Below, one piece after another: positions 25,790-34,943 of a stretch of DNA of 64,000 nt. The stretch is from an uncultured Rhabdochlamydiaceae bacterium (lineage in GTDB: Bacteria > Chlamydiota > Chlamydiia > Chlamydiales > Rhabdochlamydiaceae), in the NCBI GenBank assembly GCA_963712275.1, contig CAVQHD010000001.1:416001-480000 (forward strand), written 5' to 3'. A program made the position numbers and the translations under genes. Positions within the stretch are counted from its first letter, which is position 1; each line of letters opens with the position of its first letter. Below the pieces are notes generated by a model. It ran no database searches. It was not told where the DNA came from and saw only the letters and a program-made list of their open reading frames with translations.

Positions 25790-27454
25790 ATGAGTAAAGG
25801 AAATTTTTCTACCGTTTTTACCCAGCAACATCAGCAAAAAATTGAAGAACTCGTCTCTTTAGCAAAAGAGCAAGGATACATCACCTACGAGGAGATCAAC
25901 GAAATTTTGCCGATGAGCTTCGACTCTCCGGAGCAGATCGACCAAGTGCTCATTTTTTTGAGCGGGATGGATATTCAAATCTTCAACCAAGCCGAAGTCG
26001 ATCGGCAAAAGGAAAAGAAGAAAGAAGCCAAGGAACTCGAAGGGCTTACCAAAAAGCCTGAAGGCACGTCGGACGACCCTGTCCGAATGTACCTTAAAGA
26101 AATGGGCTCTGTCCCTCTCCTCACAAGGGAGGAAGAGGTCGAAATCTCCAAGCGCATTGAAAAGGCTCAAATTCAAGTCGAGCGCATTATCATGCGGTTC
26201 CGCTACTCCACACGAGAAGCAATTTCCATTGGTAATTATTTAATTGGTAGCAAAGAGCGGTTCGATAAAGTCATTTCAGAGAAAGAGGTGCCCGATAAGC
26301 AACACTTTGTCACAATCCTTCCAAAACTTGCCATGCTTCTCAAGCGAGAAGACTCCATCTTAGAAAACTACCTTCTCCAAATGCGCGATCCTGTTCTTAA
26401 AAAATTGGATAAGGCAAAAATTCTCGAAGAGATTGAAAAGTGCCGTATCCGCACGCAAGCCTACTTAAGGCAAATGCACATCCGCCACAACATTATCGAA
26501 GATTTTGGTGAAGTGATCATGACAGGGTACGATCGGTTCCTCTCCCTTGAAAAAGAGATTCAAGAACTGATCCCGAGAGCAGAGAAAAATAAATTTGCGG
26601 CAGCCAAACTTCTCGCAGTTCAACGCAAGCTCGCTAAGCGAGAACTTGCCGCCGGACGTACATTCGACGAGTTTAAAAAAGATGTTCGCATGCTTCAGCG
26701 GTGGATGGATAAAAGCCAAGAAGCAAAACGGGAGATGGTCGAGTCGAACCTTCGCCTTGTGATCTCCATTGCGAAAAAATATACCAACCGCGGCCTTTCT
26801 TTCCTCGATTTAATCCAAGAAGGGAACATGGGGCTTATGAAAGCGGTGGAGAAATTTGAATACCGCCGAGGCTATAAGTTTTCAACCTACGCGACGTGGT
26901 GGATTAGGCAAGCGGTAACCCGTGCGATTGCAGACCAAGCTCGAACGATTCGTATCCCTGTCCACATGATTGAAACAATCAATAAGGTGCTCCGGGGCGC
27001 GAAGAAGTTGATGATGGAGACAGGTCGAGAGCCTACACCTGAAGAGCTTGCTGTCGAACTCGGAATGACTCCTGAAAGAGTCCGCGAGATCTACAAAATT
27101 GCTCAACATCCGATCTCACTTCAAGCAGAAGTCGGCGATGGAGGGGAGAGTCAATTTGGAGATTTTATCGAAGATAAATCGACCGAATCCCCTGCAAAAG
27201 CAACAGCTTATTCCATCCTCAGAGACAAAATGAATGAGGTCCTCTCCACTCTGACCGATCGAGAGCGCACCGTCCTCATTGAGCGGTTTGGCCTTCTCGA
27301 TGGCAAGCCCAAAACGCTTGAAGAAGTGGGACTTCAGTTTAAGGTTACTCGAGAACGGGTTCGGCAGATTGAAGCCAAAGGAATTCGTAAGATGCGCCAC
27401 CCCACTCGGTCCAAGCAGCTGCAGGCTTTCCTCGACTTCATTGAAGGACCTTGA
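25790..27454 (+). CDS. rpoD: RNA polymerase primary sigma factor (sigma66)
   Basis: [45 protein letters not shown]. Confidence 0.98.
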   Translation: MSKGNFSTVFTQQHQQKIEELVSLAKEQGYITYEEINEILPMSFDSPEQIDQVLIFLSGMDIQIFNQAEVDRQKEKKKEAKELEGLTKKPEGTSDDPVRMYLKEMGSVPLLTREEEVEISKRIEKAQIQVERIIMRFRYSTREAISIGNYLIGSKERFDKVISEKEVPDKQHFVTILPKLAMLLKREDSILENYLLQMRDPVLKKLDKAKILEEIEKCRIRTQAYLRQMHIRHNIIEDFGEVIMTGYDRFLSLEKEIQELIPRAEKNKFAAAKLLAVQRKLAKRELAAGRTFDEFKKDVRMLQRWMDKSQEAKREMVESNLRLVISIAKKYTNRGLSFLDLIQEGNMGLMKAVEKFEYRRGYKFSTYATWWIRQAVTRAIADQARTIRIPVHMIETINKVLRGAKKLMMETGREPTPEELAVELGMTPERVREIYKIAQHPISLQAEVGDGGESQFGDFIEDKSTESPAKATAYSILRDKMNEVLSTLTDRERTVLIERFGLLDGKPKTLEEVGLQFKVTRERVRQIEAKGIRKMRHPTRSKQLQAFLDFIEGP

Positions 27455-27530
27455 GTTGTAAATGTTCGTTATCTCCCCTATGCTTCACAAGCGAGGAGAT
27501 GATGATCATAGATGTAGGCGTGAGGTCTTT

Positions 27531-27603
27531 TGGAGTGTAGCGGGATCGAACCGCTGACCTCAACAATGCCATCGTTGCGCTCTACCAATTGAGCTAACAC
27601 CCC
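27531..27603 (-). tRNA. tRNA-Ala(GGC), CCA not encoded
   Basis: GGGGTGTTAGCTCAATTGGTAGAGCGCAACGATGGCATTGTTGAGGTCAGCGGTTCGATCCCGCTACACTCCA; G3:U70 pair. Confidence 0.96.
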
Positions 27604-27605
27604 TT

Positions 27606-27716
27606 AGAAGCTATCCTAAAATTCAGGTTTCGTCGCTTTTTGGAGGATTTGAACCAGGCCGAAAATTGGCCAAATCCTCCAAAAAGCGACGAAACCTGAA
27701 TTTTAGGATAGCTTCT
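27606..27716. mobile_element. Palindromic element subfamily B, internally deleted
   Basis: Perfect 46-bp inverted arms with a 19-nt loop; TTA on both sides of the GAAGC..GCTTC core; related to 41151-41320. Confidence 0.9.
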
Positions 27717-27774
27717 TAAATCACCGCTCCATTCTATTTACAAACAGCCATTTTTTCAATATAAACTAGAATTT

Positions 27775-27849
27775 AGAGCCAGTTGCAAAACTCCAATTTG
27801 GGGCAAAAGCGCGGCTTTGGCCTCCAAAGCGAGTTTTGCAACTGGCTCT
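27775..27849. mobile_element. Palindromic element subfamily C, internally deleted
   Basis: AGAGCCAGTTGCAAAACTC...GAGTTTTGCAACTGGCTCT; shares TTTGGCCTCCAAAGCGAGTTTTGC with 62829-62998. Confidence 0.88.
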
Positions 27850-28314
27850 TTAAAGAGCAATTTTCAGGTCTTCATCAATATCAATGGCAATTGGGCGAAT
27901 TTTTTCTCCCTTATGCTTTGATAAACTTTTAGGGCTGATTTTATTGTATAAACTTCGGAACTCTTTATCCTTGGCATGTAGATGATCCAGTATGTATAAC
28001 CGAATGTAAATATCTGTTGGCGGAGATACATGATTTTTCCCATTCTCCCACTTAAGAACGGCTACATGACTAACACCAAAAACTTTTCCAAAATCAGCCA
28101 TCGACATGTCAAGGAATTTTCTTATAAACCTCAGTTCATCGCCATTTAGAGATGTTGGCTTGTAGATGAGTCCATAAACTGCAGCCAACTGCAGTTTATT
28201 AAAATTGATATCCATAGCCCATTCTCCAAATACTTTTTTCATTGGGACATTAATGAGTTTGATTGGGAATCCAAGCCCTTCATAGATAAATGTTTCTGTT
28301 TTTCTATTTTTCAT
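27850..28314 (-). CDS. XRE-HTH antitoxin (MqsA/HigA-like, no Zn-finger cysteines)
   Basis: LNGDELRFIRKFLDMSMADFGKVFGVSHVAVLKWENG; coupled to the DUF4258 gene. Confidence 0.8.
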   Translation of the reverse strand: MKNRKTETFIYEGLGFPIKLINVPMKKVFGEWAMDINFNKLQLAAVYGLIYKPTSLNGDELRFIRKFLDMSMADFGKVFGVSHVAVLKWENGKNHVSPPTDIYIRLYILDHLHAKDKEFRSLYNKISPKSLSKHKGEKIRPIAIDIDEDLKIAL

Positions 28315-28631
28315 CGTATTCCCCTCTTATTGAGTCTTATAACAGTCACAACAACCATTCCTTCATCAAAAGCCACAATCACCCTTATATCAAAACCATC
28401 GATTGTTTTTCCTCGGATAGAGTACTTCCATGTTTGAAATACTGTATCAAACGATGTTTTATTTTTCTCATGAACCCCATGAGTCAAAACATAAATAGCA
28501 TCCTTCAATGAAATCAGTCGCATTTTCTGTCTTTCGATCGCATGTTTTGTGAGGATATAATTCTCACTTTCAATGCATCTTCTTATTTTCTCCAGAAGGT
28601 TTTCTATTTGCGCAGGTCGTTTAGTCTTCAC
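28311..28631 (-). CDS. DUF4258 (RelE-like) toxin
   Basis: YILTKHAIERQKMRLIS..D, WKYSIRGKT, RVIVAF..VVVTVI; probable GTG start at 28631. Confidence 0.8.
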   Translation of the reverse strand: MKTKRPAQIENLLEKIRRCIESENYILTKHAIERQKMRLISLKDAIYVLTHGVHEKNKTSFDTVFQTWKYSIRGKTIDGFDIRVIVAFDEGMVVVTVIRLNKRGIR

Positions 28632-28718
28632 AAGCTTATCCAACTGGCCCCAGTGTAACAAAATTACCGTTTCATAGACAGATTTATTTATACTGCGCGC
28701 AGCCCAAATGTCAATTTT

Positions 28719-28919
28719 GGGTGTATAGTCAAACGGTTGGGAGAAGAAACGCCTCACCACACCGAGGAAGATGAGGTTGCACAGAGTGGGGAACATCCTC
28801 TGTGCAACCTCATCTTCCTCGGTGTCTCTGTGGTGAGGTATTTTTTTATCTACAGCTTTATAACTACACCCTTCTTGATTTTTCCATGTTTCCTCTCACA
28901 ACTATTTGACTATGCACTC
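28719..28919. mobile_element. 201-bp MITE with ~32-bp imperfect TIRs and 9-bp TSD GTCAATTTT
   Basis: TIRs 28719-28750 and 28888-28919; TSD at 28710-28718 and 28920-28928; inserted into a subfamily-A remnant (28688-28947). Confidence 0.85.
28752..28838. repeat. Internal palindrome inside the MITE
   Basis: CCTCACCAC-ACCGAGGAAGATGAGGTTGCACAGAG ... CTCTGTGCAACCTCATCTTCCTCGGT-GTCTCT-GTGGTGAGG. Confidence 0.9.
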
Positions 28920-29016
28920 GTCAATTTTTCAATAGATCGGAGTATAACTGGTTTATCCCCAAACAATTGGAAATGCGATTGTTATTTGAGAGTCTCTTTG
29001 TGTATACAAGAAATCT

Positions 29017-30216
29017 ATGGGGAAATCTTTTTTTAACGGGATTGCTGAGGCTCCGTCAGATGCCATCTTTCAGCTCACAGCGGCTTTCAATGCCGATCCT
29101 CGGCTTCATAAAGTTAATTTGAGTGTAGGACTTTATCGCGATGAATCTTTGCAAACACCTATTCTTGAGAGTGTCAAAGCAGCCGAGCATTATTTGATCT
29201 CTCATGAAATAACTAAAGAATATTTACCCATTGCTGGAGATCCGCTGTACATTGAAGAGAGCGGGCGGCTGATTTTTGGAGACAAGTTGTGGACTGCGCA
29301 TCGAGAGAGAATCTGTGGAATCCAAACTCCAGGAGGAACAGGAGGCCTTCGGATTGGAGGAGAACTATTGCGTCAAGACATCGGCAGTACGATTGCTATC
29401 CCCGACCCGACATGGCCTAATCACTCCGCTGTTTTCAAACAGTGTGGTCTAAGCGTTCATCTTTACCCTTATTATGATCCTCAAAGCCATTCCCTTGATC
29501 TAGATTCAATTTTCGAAATGCTTCAAACCCTTCCTCCTCGATCTGCTGCTCTTTTTCATGCCTGCTGTCACAATCCAACAGGAGCTGATCCGTCAGAAAA
29601 AACATGGAATGAACTGATGCAGCTGATCCAAGAAAAAGAGGTGCTTCTATTTTTTGATTTTGCTTATCAAGGGTTTGGTCAAGGTCTTGATGAAGATGCC
29701 TATGCAATCCGATTGGCTGTTCAAAAGGGTCTTGAATGTGTTGTAGCCTCATCTTACTCCAAAAACTTTGGGCTCTATTCTGAAAGAGTTGGAACCCTCT
29801 TTGCCGTCACTGAGAATGAAATTGCAGCGCGCCGTGTTCTTTCAAAATTAAAGATTTTGGCACGCACAGGTTATTCCAACCCACCCAGGCATGGGTCGGC
29901 CATCGTCGCACATATTTTATCAACACCTTCTCTTCGAAAACAATGGAGCAAAGAAGTTGACTCCATGAGAGATCGATTGAATAGACTCCGAAAGACCTTT
30001 GTTTTAGCCCTTCAATCTGGAAGAAAAAAGATCGATTTTTCATACTTACTTGATCAGATGGGGATGTTCTGTTTTGTAGGGCTTGAGAAAGACAAAGTGC
30101 GAAAGTTACAAGAAGAGTACGGGATTTATATGACATCAGATGGCAGAATTAATCTCGCAGGCCTTTCCGGGCAAAATTTACCTTACGTCGTTGAATCAAT
30201 GTTGAAATTTCTATGA
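29017..30216 (+). CDS. tyrB: Aspartate/aromatic amino acid aminotransferase (AspC/TyrB)
   Basis: KVNLSVGLYRD, HACCHNPTGAD, DFAYQGF, SYSKNFGLYSERVG. Confidence 0.92.
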   Translation: MGKSFFNGIAEAPSDAIFQLTAAFNADPRLHKVNLSVGLYRDESLQTPILESVKAAEHYLISHEITKEYLPIAGDPLYIEESGRLIFGDKLWTAHRERICGIQTPGGTGGLRIGGELLRQDIGSTIAIPDPTWPNHSAVFKQCGLSVHLYPYYDPQSHSLDLDSIFEMLQTLPPRSAALFHACCHNPTGADPSEKTWNELMQLIQEKEVLLFFDFAYQGFGQGLDEDAYAIRLAVQKGLECVVASSYSKNFGLYSERVGTLFAVTENEIAARRVLSKLKILARTGYSNPPRHGSAIVAHILSTPSLRKQWSKEVDSMRDRLNRLRKTFVLALQSGRKKIDFSYLLDQMGMFCFVGLEKDKVRKLQEEYGIYMTSDGRINLAGLSGQNLPYVVESMLKFL

Positions 30217-31340
30217 GACGGGACAGATATCTCATTTTAGCTATTTTCCTTCTGATTTTACTGAGCTTGCCTGGCCACATTGTTAATCCGATACGCTCAG
30301 CAGCAGCAGGAATAATCTCCCCTTCATGGAGGCATTTATCCAATTTCAAAGAGGTCTTTCTAGAAATAACAACTATCTGGCCTTCAGGTGGATACCACAC
30401 CTCTCCTCAAATCATTAAAGAGCTTGAAATGATCCGCCTTGAGAATGATCAACTCCGCTCGCAATTGGGACTTCTCAAGGCCCAATTAGAGCTAGAAAAA
30501 TTAATCGGACAACAGTCAGACCAATTAATGCAAAGTTCAGAGTATGATAATTTTTCTCTTCGAAGAAAAGAAGAGCTCTTCAGACAGCTGGAGCTTTATT
30601 CCCATGCTATCACTGCGAGAGTTATTTTCCGTGAAAGCGGCTCTTGGAAAAGTACTATCTGGGTCAATGTTGGCGAGGCAACAAATCGACACCTCAAAAC
30701 ACGGCTTATTGAACATAACAGCCCTGTTGTTCTTGGAACCACTGTCGTTGGGCTCATCGACTATGTTGGGGAAAATCGATCTAGAGTTCGTCTTTTAACC
30801 GATCGGGCATTAACACCTTCTGTTCGAGTCGTACGAGGAAACCTGCAAAAATATGCCGTCCTAAAAGAAATCGAAAGAGTGATGGATCTTTTATCAACGC
30901 TTGAAAGCGAAATGGCTCGAAAATTGCTTCATGAGCTTAAACACTCCATCTCTTCTCAGGAGAGAAATCTTTATCTTGCTAAAGGTGAAATTCAAGGCAT
31001 GCGATATCCGCTTTGGCGCTCCCGTGGCACTCTTCTTCAAGGAGCTGGATTTAACTATGACTTTGAAGATGCCGAAGGAGCAGGGCGCGATCTAAGATCT
31101 GGGAAAGCCTCTTCCTATGAAGAAGCTTGTCCACTCATCCAAAAAGGAGATCTTGTGATCACAACAGGGATGGATGGAATTTTCCCTGCGGGGTTGCAAG
31201 TAGGATATATTTCAAAAATATACCCCTTAAAAGAAGGGGAATGCTCCTATGAGGCTGATGTTCAATCTCTGATCCAAGAATTTGATGAACTTTCTTTTGT
31301 TACAATTTTGCCGCCTGTTGCAGGAAAAGATATTTTTTAG
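30213..31340 (+). CDS. mreC: Rod shape-determining protein MreC
   Basis: N-terminal TM, coiled coil, ARVIFR, VRLLTD, GDLVITTGMDGIFPAGLQVG. Confidence 0.85.
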   Translation: MRRDRYLILAIFLLILLSLPGHIVNPIRSAAAGIISPSWRHLSNFKEVFLEITTIWPSGGYHTSPQIIKELEMIRLENDQLRSQLGLLKAQLELEKLIGQQSDQLMQSSEYDNFSLRRKEELFRQLELYSHAITARVIFRESGSWKSTIWVNVGEATNRHLKTRLIEHNSPVVLGTTVVGLIDYVGENRSRVRLLTDRALTPSVRVVRGNLQKYAVLKEIERVMDLLSTLESEMARKLLHELKHSISSQERNLYLAKGEIQGMRYPLWRSRGTLLQGAGFNYDFEDAEGAGRDLRSGKASSYEEACPLIQKGDLVITTGMDGIFPAGLQVGYISKIYPLKEGECSYEADVQSLIQEFDELSFVTILPPVAGKDIF

Positions 31341-31353
31341 TAGGATCCGTTTC

Positions 31354-31371
31354 GAACCTATCCTGAGGTTC
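31354..31371. repeat. Possible minimal scar of a subfamily-D palindrome
   Basis: GAACCTATCC-TG-AGGTTC equals the joined ends of 58018-58062. Confidence 0.45.
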
Positions 31372-31400
31372 TTGTTCTCAAACCTAAAATGGAGGTCGAA

Positions 31401-31589
31401 ATGAACTGGAAATTAATGCTAGTGGGACTAAGCGCAATGGGGGCTTTATCAGTTGTACAAGCTGACGATACAAACACCTCAACGAATGAATCAACAATTC
31501 AAGAGAGTTCTTCGAATGAGACAGCTGCTGCTGTTGAAGATGAAAAAAAGTCTGACAATAAATCTAATTGCAGCTGCACTAAGCGCTAA
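31401..31589 (+). CDS. Small secreted protein with C-terminal CSC motif
   Basis: GGAGG RBS, signal peptide ending VQA, low-complexity acidic body. Confidence 0.6.
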   Translation: MNWKLMLVGLSAMGALSVVQADDTNTSTNESTIQESSSNETAAAVEDEKKSDNKSNCSCTKR

Positions 31590-32659
31590 GTTCTTATCCA
31601 AGAAGCTCTATCGTAAGATAGAGCTTCGATGAGATCTTTCTTTATTTTCTTAAAGCTCTTTTTTTCTCCAAAAACTTTTTTAGAAAGTTTTGTTCTCTTA
31701 GCGCTCCATTCTTGATTATCTTTAAATGTTTCAATGGATTTTCCCCAATGTTCTTCCTCTGAAAGTACGACCCCGCAGCCATAAATCTCTCCATGATGGC
31801 TATCTAGAAAAAAGAGGGGTTTATCTAAAAAAAGAAAATCGTATCCAATCGATGAAAAATCTCCCAGATAACTGTCTGCTCGATTTAAAATGGGGTAAAT
31901 TGAGGGAAAGGTTGAAAGATCGATAATTCCGGGAGCTTGCTCGCAAGCAGCCCGAAATTTTTCCCCCTCGGCAGGGTAAAGCGTTTCTAAAAAGGGGTGG
32001 CATCGAATAAGTAGATTAAAACGGCTTCCCACCTCCTCTACCACTCGCATGCAATGAGATAACCACGAAGAGTCATTTTCTCCATCAGACCAAGAAGGAG
32101 CATAAAAAACAGTTTTACGATCAGCTTTGAACTTGCCAGCTAAAAACTTCTCAAGGCGGCTATCATACCACGATTGCGATCGAAGATAGTGGGGATACCG
32201 GTAATTTCCTGTCATTACCGTCTTTTCAAGAAGGGACATTTCACCGGCCTTCTCAAGATGATTTTGCATATGCTCGCCATAGACAAGTGAAATATCTTTT
32301 CGAATTCTTTGAAGCCCCTTATATCCTTTATCAGAATTCCCATGAGGACAGTAAACAACTCTCATTTTCTTGCCATAGGTAAGCTCCCATAGAGGAATCA
32401 GCTCACTGGCAAAATAATGTCCCGATTCAAAAATGACATCGGCTCGGGAGGCAAGAAGATCCAGATTCAAATCGATCAGATCGACATGCTCAACTTGAAG
32501 CCCAGGGTAAAATTCCTTGGCGACTTGAAATGCCTCCTCCTCAGAGACAAGCAAGGGGATTTCTAGCCCTTCGCATAAAACACCCAAATGATCGAGATAA
32601 TGAGGGCCTCCCGTATGGACCCCAATCCATTTTTCTATTTGCATATATTCTTGAGTCAA
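31586..32659 (-). CDS. CDP-glycerol glycerophosphotransferase family protein (TagB/TagF-like)
   Basis: PHGNSDKG, FYAPSW, CHP, GDFSSIGYDFL motifs. Confidence 0.82.
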   Translation of the reverse strand: MTQEYMQIEKWIGVHTGGPHYLDHLGVLCEGLEIPLLVSEEEAFQVAKEFYPGLQVEHVDLIDLNLDLLASRADVIFESGHYFASELIPLWELTYGKKMRVVYCPHGNSDKGYKGLQRIRKDISLVYGEHMQNHLEKAGEMSLLEKTVMTGNYRYPHYLRSQSWYDSRLEKFLAGKFKADRKTVFYAPSWSDGENDSSWLSHCMRVVEEVGSRFNLLIRCHPFLETLYPAEGEKFRAACEQAPGIIDLSTFPSIYPILNRADSYLGDFSSIGYDFLFLDKPLFFLDSHHGEIYGCGVVLSEEEHWGKSIETFKDNQEWSAKRTKLSKKVFGEKKSFKKIKKDLIEALSYDRASWIRT

Positions 32660-33141
32660 AGTGCTATTTTCAAATTTTCCGAAGTGACTTTAACAGAGAG
32701 CGGGTGAATTTTCCCTTTTTCTCTTTTAGAGATCTGTTCTAGACTAAGCTGTTGATAAAGAGACCTGAATTCTTTGTCTTTAGCATGAAGATGATCTAAT
32801 ATGTAAAAGCGGATATAAAGATCTAAGGAGGGGGAAATTTGATTCTCATTACTTTCCCATTTCAAAACAGCCACATGGCTGACCCCAAACGCTTTTCCAA
32901 ACTCAACTGCTGTCATTTTTAAATAAGATCGAATAAAGCCTATTTCACCACCCGTAAGAGCAGTTGGCTTATGGACAAGCGCTTCCAATACGACAAGCAT
33001 AAGTTTGTTCATATCGATATCAATATACCATTCTCCAAATTCCCTTCTCATAGGGGCGTTAATCAGTTTAATGGGAAATCCAAGGCCCTCAAATACAAAT
33101 GTTTTTTTCTTCTTTAGTATGTCGGGGCTACTTTGCTTCAC
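32656..33141 (-). CDS. Solo XRE-HTH antitoxin, paralog of 27850-28314
   Basis: EGLGFPIKLIN, FGVSHVAVLKWE, YILDHLHAKDKEFRSLY identical to the paralog. Confidence 0.82.
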   Translation of the reverse strand: MKQSSPDILKKKKTFVFEGLGFPIKLINAPMRREFGEWYIDIDMNKLMLVVLEALVHKPTALTGGEIGFIRSYLKMTAVEFGKAFGVSHVAVLKWESNENQISPSLDLYIRFYILDHLHAKDKEFRSLYQQLSLEQISKREKGKIHPLSVKVTSENLKIAL

Positions 33142-33285
33142 TTTCTTATGGCTCTCTATGCGTATGTGTCATTATGCCTAATGTGTAATTTAATTACAAA
33201 TAAACTATTAAGCGATTGATTATAAGCGGGTTTAATTTTTTTCTTTTAAAGATATGCCGGTATTCGGGAGTATTATAAAGCCGCT

Positions 33286-34323
33286 TTACTTTAGATGTTC
33301 AAGGAGACGCTTCGAGGTCAATTCCCAAGGAATCTCCTCCCCAAACGTGTAAGTATAGAGCCTTTGCCGATCAGCGGTAAGCTCCTCCTGGCACCTTGGA
33401 AGGGCCAGAAGCAGTTGTAAAGCAGAGACATCACTGACCATTGTCCCATATCGATGCAAAAAACGGCCTGGATCATGTAGTGGGCGGTCTGCCTTATTGA
33501 AGAAAAACATCGGACGGTTAAAGCGTAAAAAATCGTACCCAATCGATGAAAAATCTCCTAATAGATGTGATGTTTGCTCAAGAAGGGGGTAGATCGGTGG
33601 AAAACGGTCAAGCCACGTCAGTCGGGGTTTGGAAGAGTAGCACAGTTTGCGCTGCTCTGTCGTAGCCAGCTCAGATTGGTTGGGGTGGGGTTTAATTACA
33701 AGCCGATGAGCATCTCCAAGCTCCTCGATGACTGCATCCACAGCCATTTCAAAAGAACTTGAGTTTTCAGCATCTTTCCAGGTCGGAGCATATAGGATAA
33801 AGGGGCCTTTTAAACCCATATCGGCTAAAAGAGTCTCATAAAATTGGCGGTGTTTTTGAAAATAAACCCACCGAAAATTGCCGACAGATACCACCGTTTG
33901 AATCGATGAAAGCGCCTGTTTAAGCGCTAAAAAATCGATCATTTTGGGACCATAAACAAGGACCATCTCCTCAGAGGATAGCGCCTCCATCCATGGAAGG
34001 AGATGCCCCTTATCTGAATTGCCATGCGGAAGCCATATAGTTTTAAGACGCTTTCTTAAAGTAGCCTCAGCGATAAAAAAAATGTCATCGAAAGCAGCTC
34101 GGGGAAGGGTTGTGACAATCACATCAAATTGCTTTGTCACTTCAAACGGAGCCTCAATTACATTCCACTGCTCTACACAAAGATCAGGATAGTAAAGCCG
34201 GCATAATTGAAAGATCTCCTCCTCAGTCACAATGAGGGGCCATCCCATCAAGCTACAGAATGGAGCAAGATGGTCTAAATGGTGCTCTAAGTTTCCTTGC
34301 AGATAACCTGCCACTTTAGTCAT
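33286..34323 (-). CDS. CDP-glycerol glycerophosphotransferase family protein (second paralog)
   Basis: HLDHL, PHGNSDKG, LYAPTW, KPHP, GDFSSIGYDFL; ATG at 34323. Confidence 0.82.
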   Translation of the reverse strand: MTKVAGYLQGNLEHHLDHLAPFCSLMGWPLIVTEEEIFQLCRLYYPDLCVEQWNVIEAPFEVTKQFDVIVTTLPRAAFDDIFFIAEATLRKRLKTIWLPHGNSDKGHLLPWMEALSSEEMVLVYGPKMIDFLALKQALSSIQTVVSVGNFRWVYFQKHRQFYETLLADMGLKGPFILYAPTWKDAENSSSFEMAVDAVIEELGDAHRLVIKPHPNQSELATTEQRKLCYSSKPRLTWLDRFPPIYPLLEQTSHLLGDFSSIGYDFLRFNRPMFFFNKADRPLHDPGRFLHRYGTMVSDVSALQLLLALPRCQEELTADRQRLYTYTFGEEIPWELTSKRLLEHLK

Positions 34324-34795
34324 TCGGCATTTCTTTATAATCCTCGCAGGGAAGCGTTTCAAGGGAGATTTTGCTTTTTTTCTGAGGGGCAAGATGAGTC
34401 ATATCAGGCTCTCTGACTAAATGGACAAGCATCTCATTACGGCTAGACTGAAGGTTAATCCGATCAAGTAAAATAATGATTTGATCCCTCAAGGATAATA
34501 CTTCCCAACTATTGAAGTCTTGAGGAGGAAGGAGCTGTTCTAGTTGAGGATTAGATAGTTGAGCGATCGCTTCAAGTTTTTCCATTGCTTTTTGCTTATC
34601 TCTGCGAAGCTCTTCTAGCTGTTTTATCAAAGAGGCTCTCTCTTCCATCATCGCCTTCTTATACTTTTCTTCTTTTTTAAGAATAAATTGCTCTTCCAGA
34701 TTCATATTGGCAAGAAGCTGCCTAATCGTCTCAAGTTCTCGTTTCATCACCACTTGAAGACGGTCATGTATTTCTGTCCATGTGATCAATTCCAT
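34316..34795 (-). CDS. Coiled-coil protein, FlgN-like export chaperone candidate
   Basis: All-helical with L..LL..EE..I..ER..LI.QL..L and N...N..L patterns; ATG at 34795. Confidence 0.55.
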   Translation of the reverse strand: MELITWTEIHDRLQVVMKRELETIRQLLANMNLEEQFILKKEEKYKKAMMEERASLIKQLEELRRDKQKAMEKLEAIAQLSNPQLEQLLPPQDFNSWEVLSLRDQIIILLDRINLQSSRNEMLVHLVREPDMTHLAPQKKSKISLETLPCEDYKEMPND

Positions 34796-34844
34796 ACTTT
34801 TTATCCTCCGCCCAAGAATAGATGCAGGAGGCGTGCCAATCTGT

Positions 34845-34869
34845 AGAGCCAGTTGCAAAACTCGCTTTG
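34845..34869. repeat. Single-arm remnant of a subfamily-C palindrome
   Basis: AGAGCCAGTTGCAAAACTCGCTTTG is the reverse complement of the right end of 27775-27849. Confidence 0.85.
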
Positions 34870-34943
34870 TAACCTGTTTATTTTAACCCATTTCCAACTA
34901 CCCGTCGGTTTGATATAGTTAAAGTCAGCCGGAAAGAAACTCC

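Noticed and set aside
27531..28950. tRNA-targeted genomic island
   Set aside because: Accessory DNA is on the 5' side of the tRNA; no duplicated tRNA 3' end and no integrase seen
28632..29036. N-terminal extension of the DUF4258 ORF to 28796 and plus ORF 28737-29036
   Set aside because: Both run through the nested MITE/palindromes; the shared LCNLIFLGV peptide is a palindrome artefact
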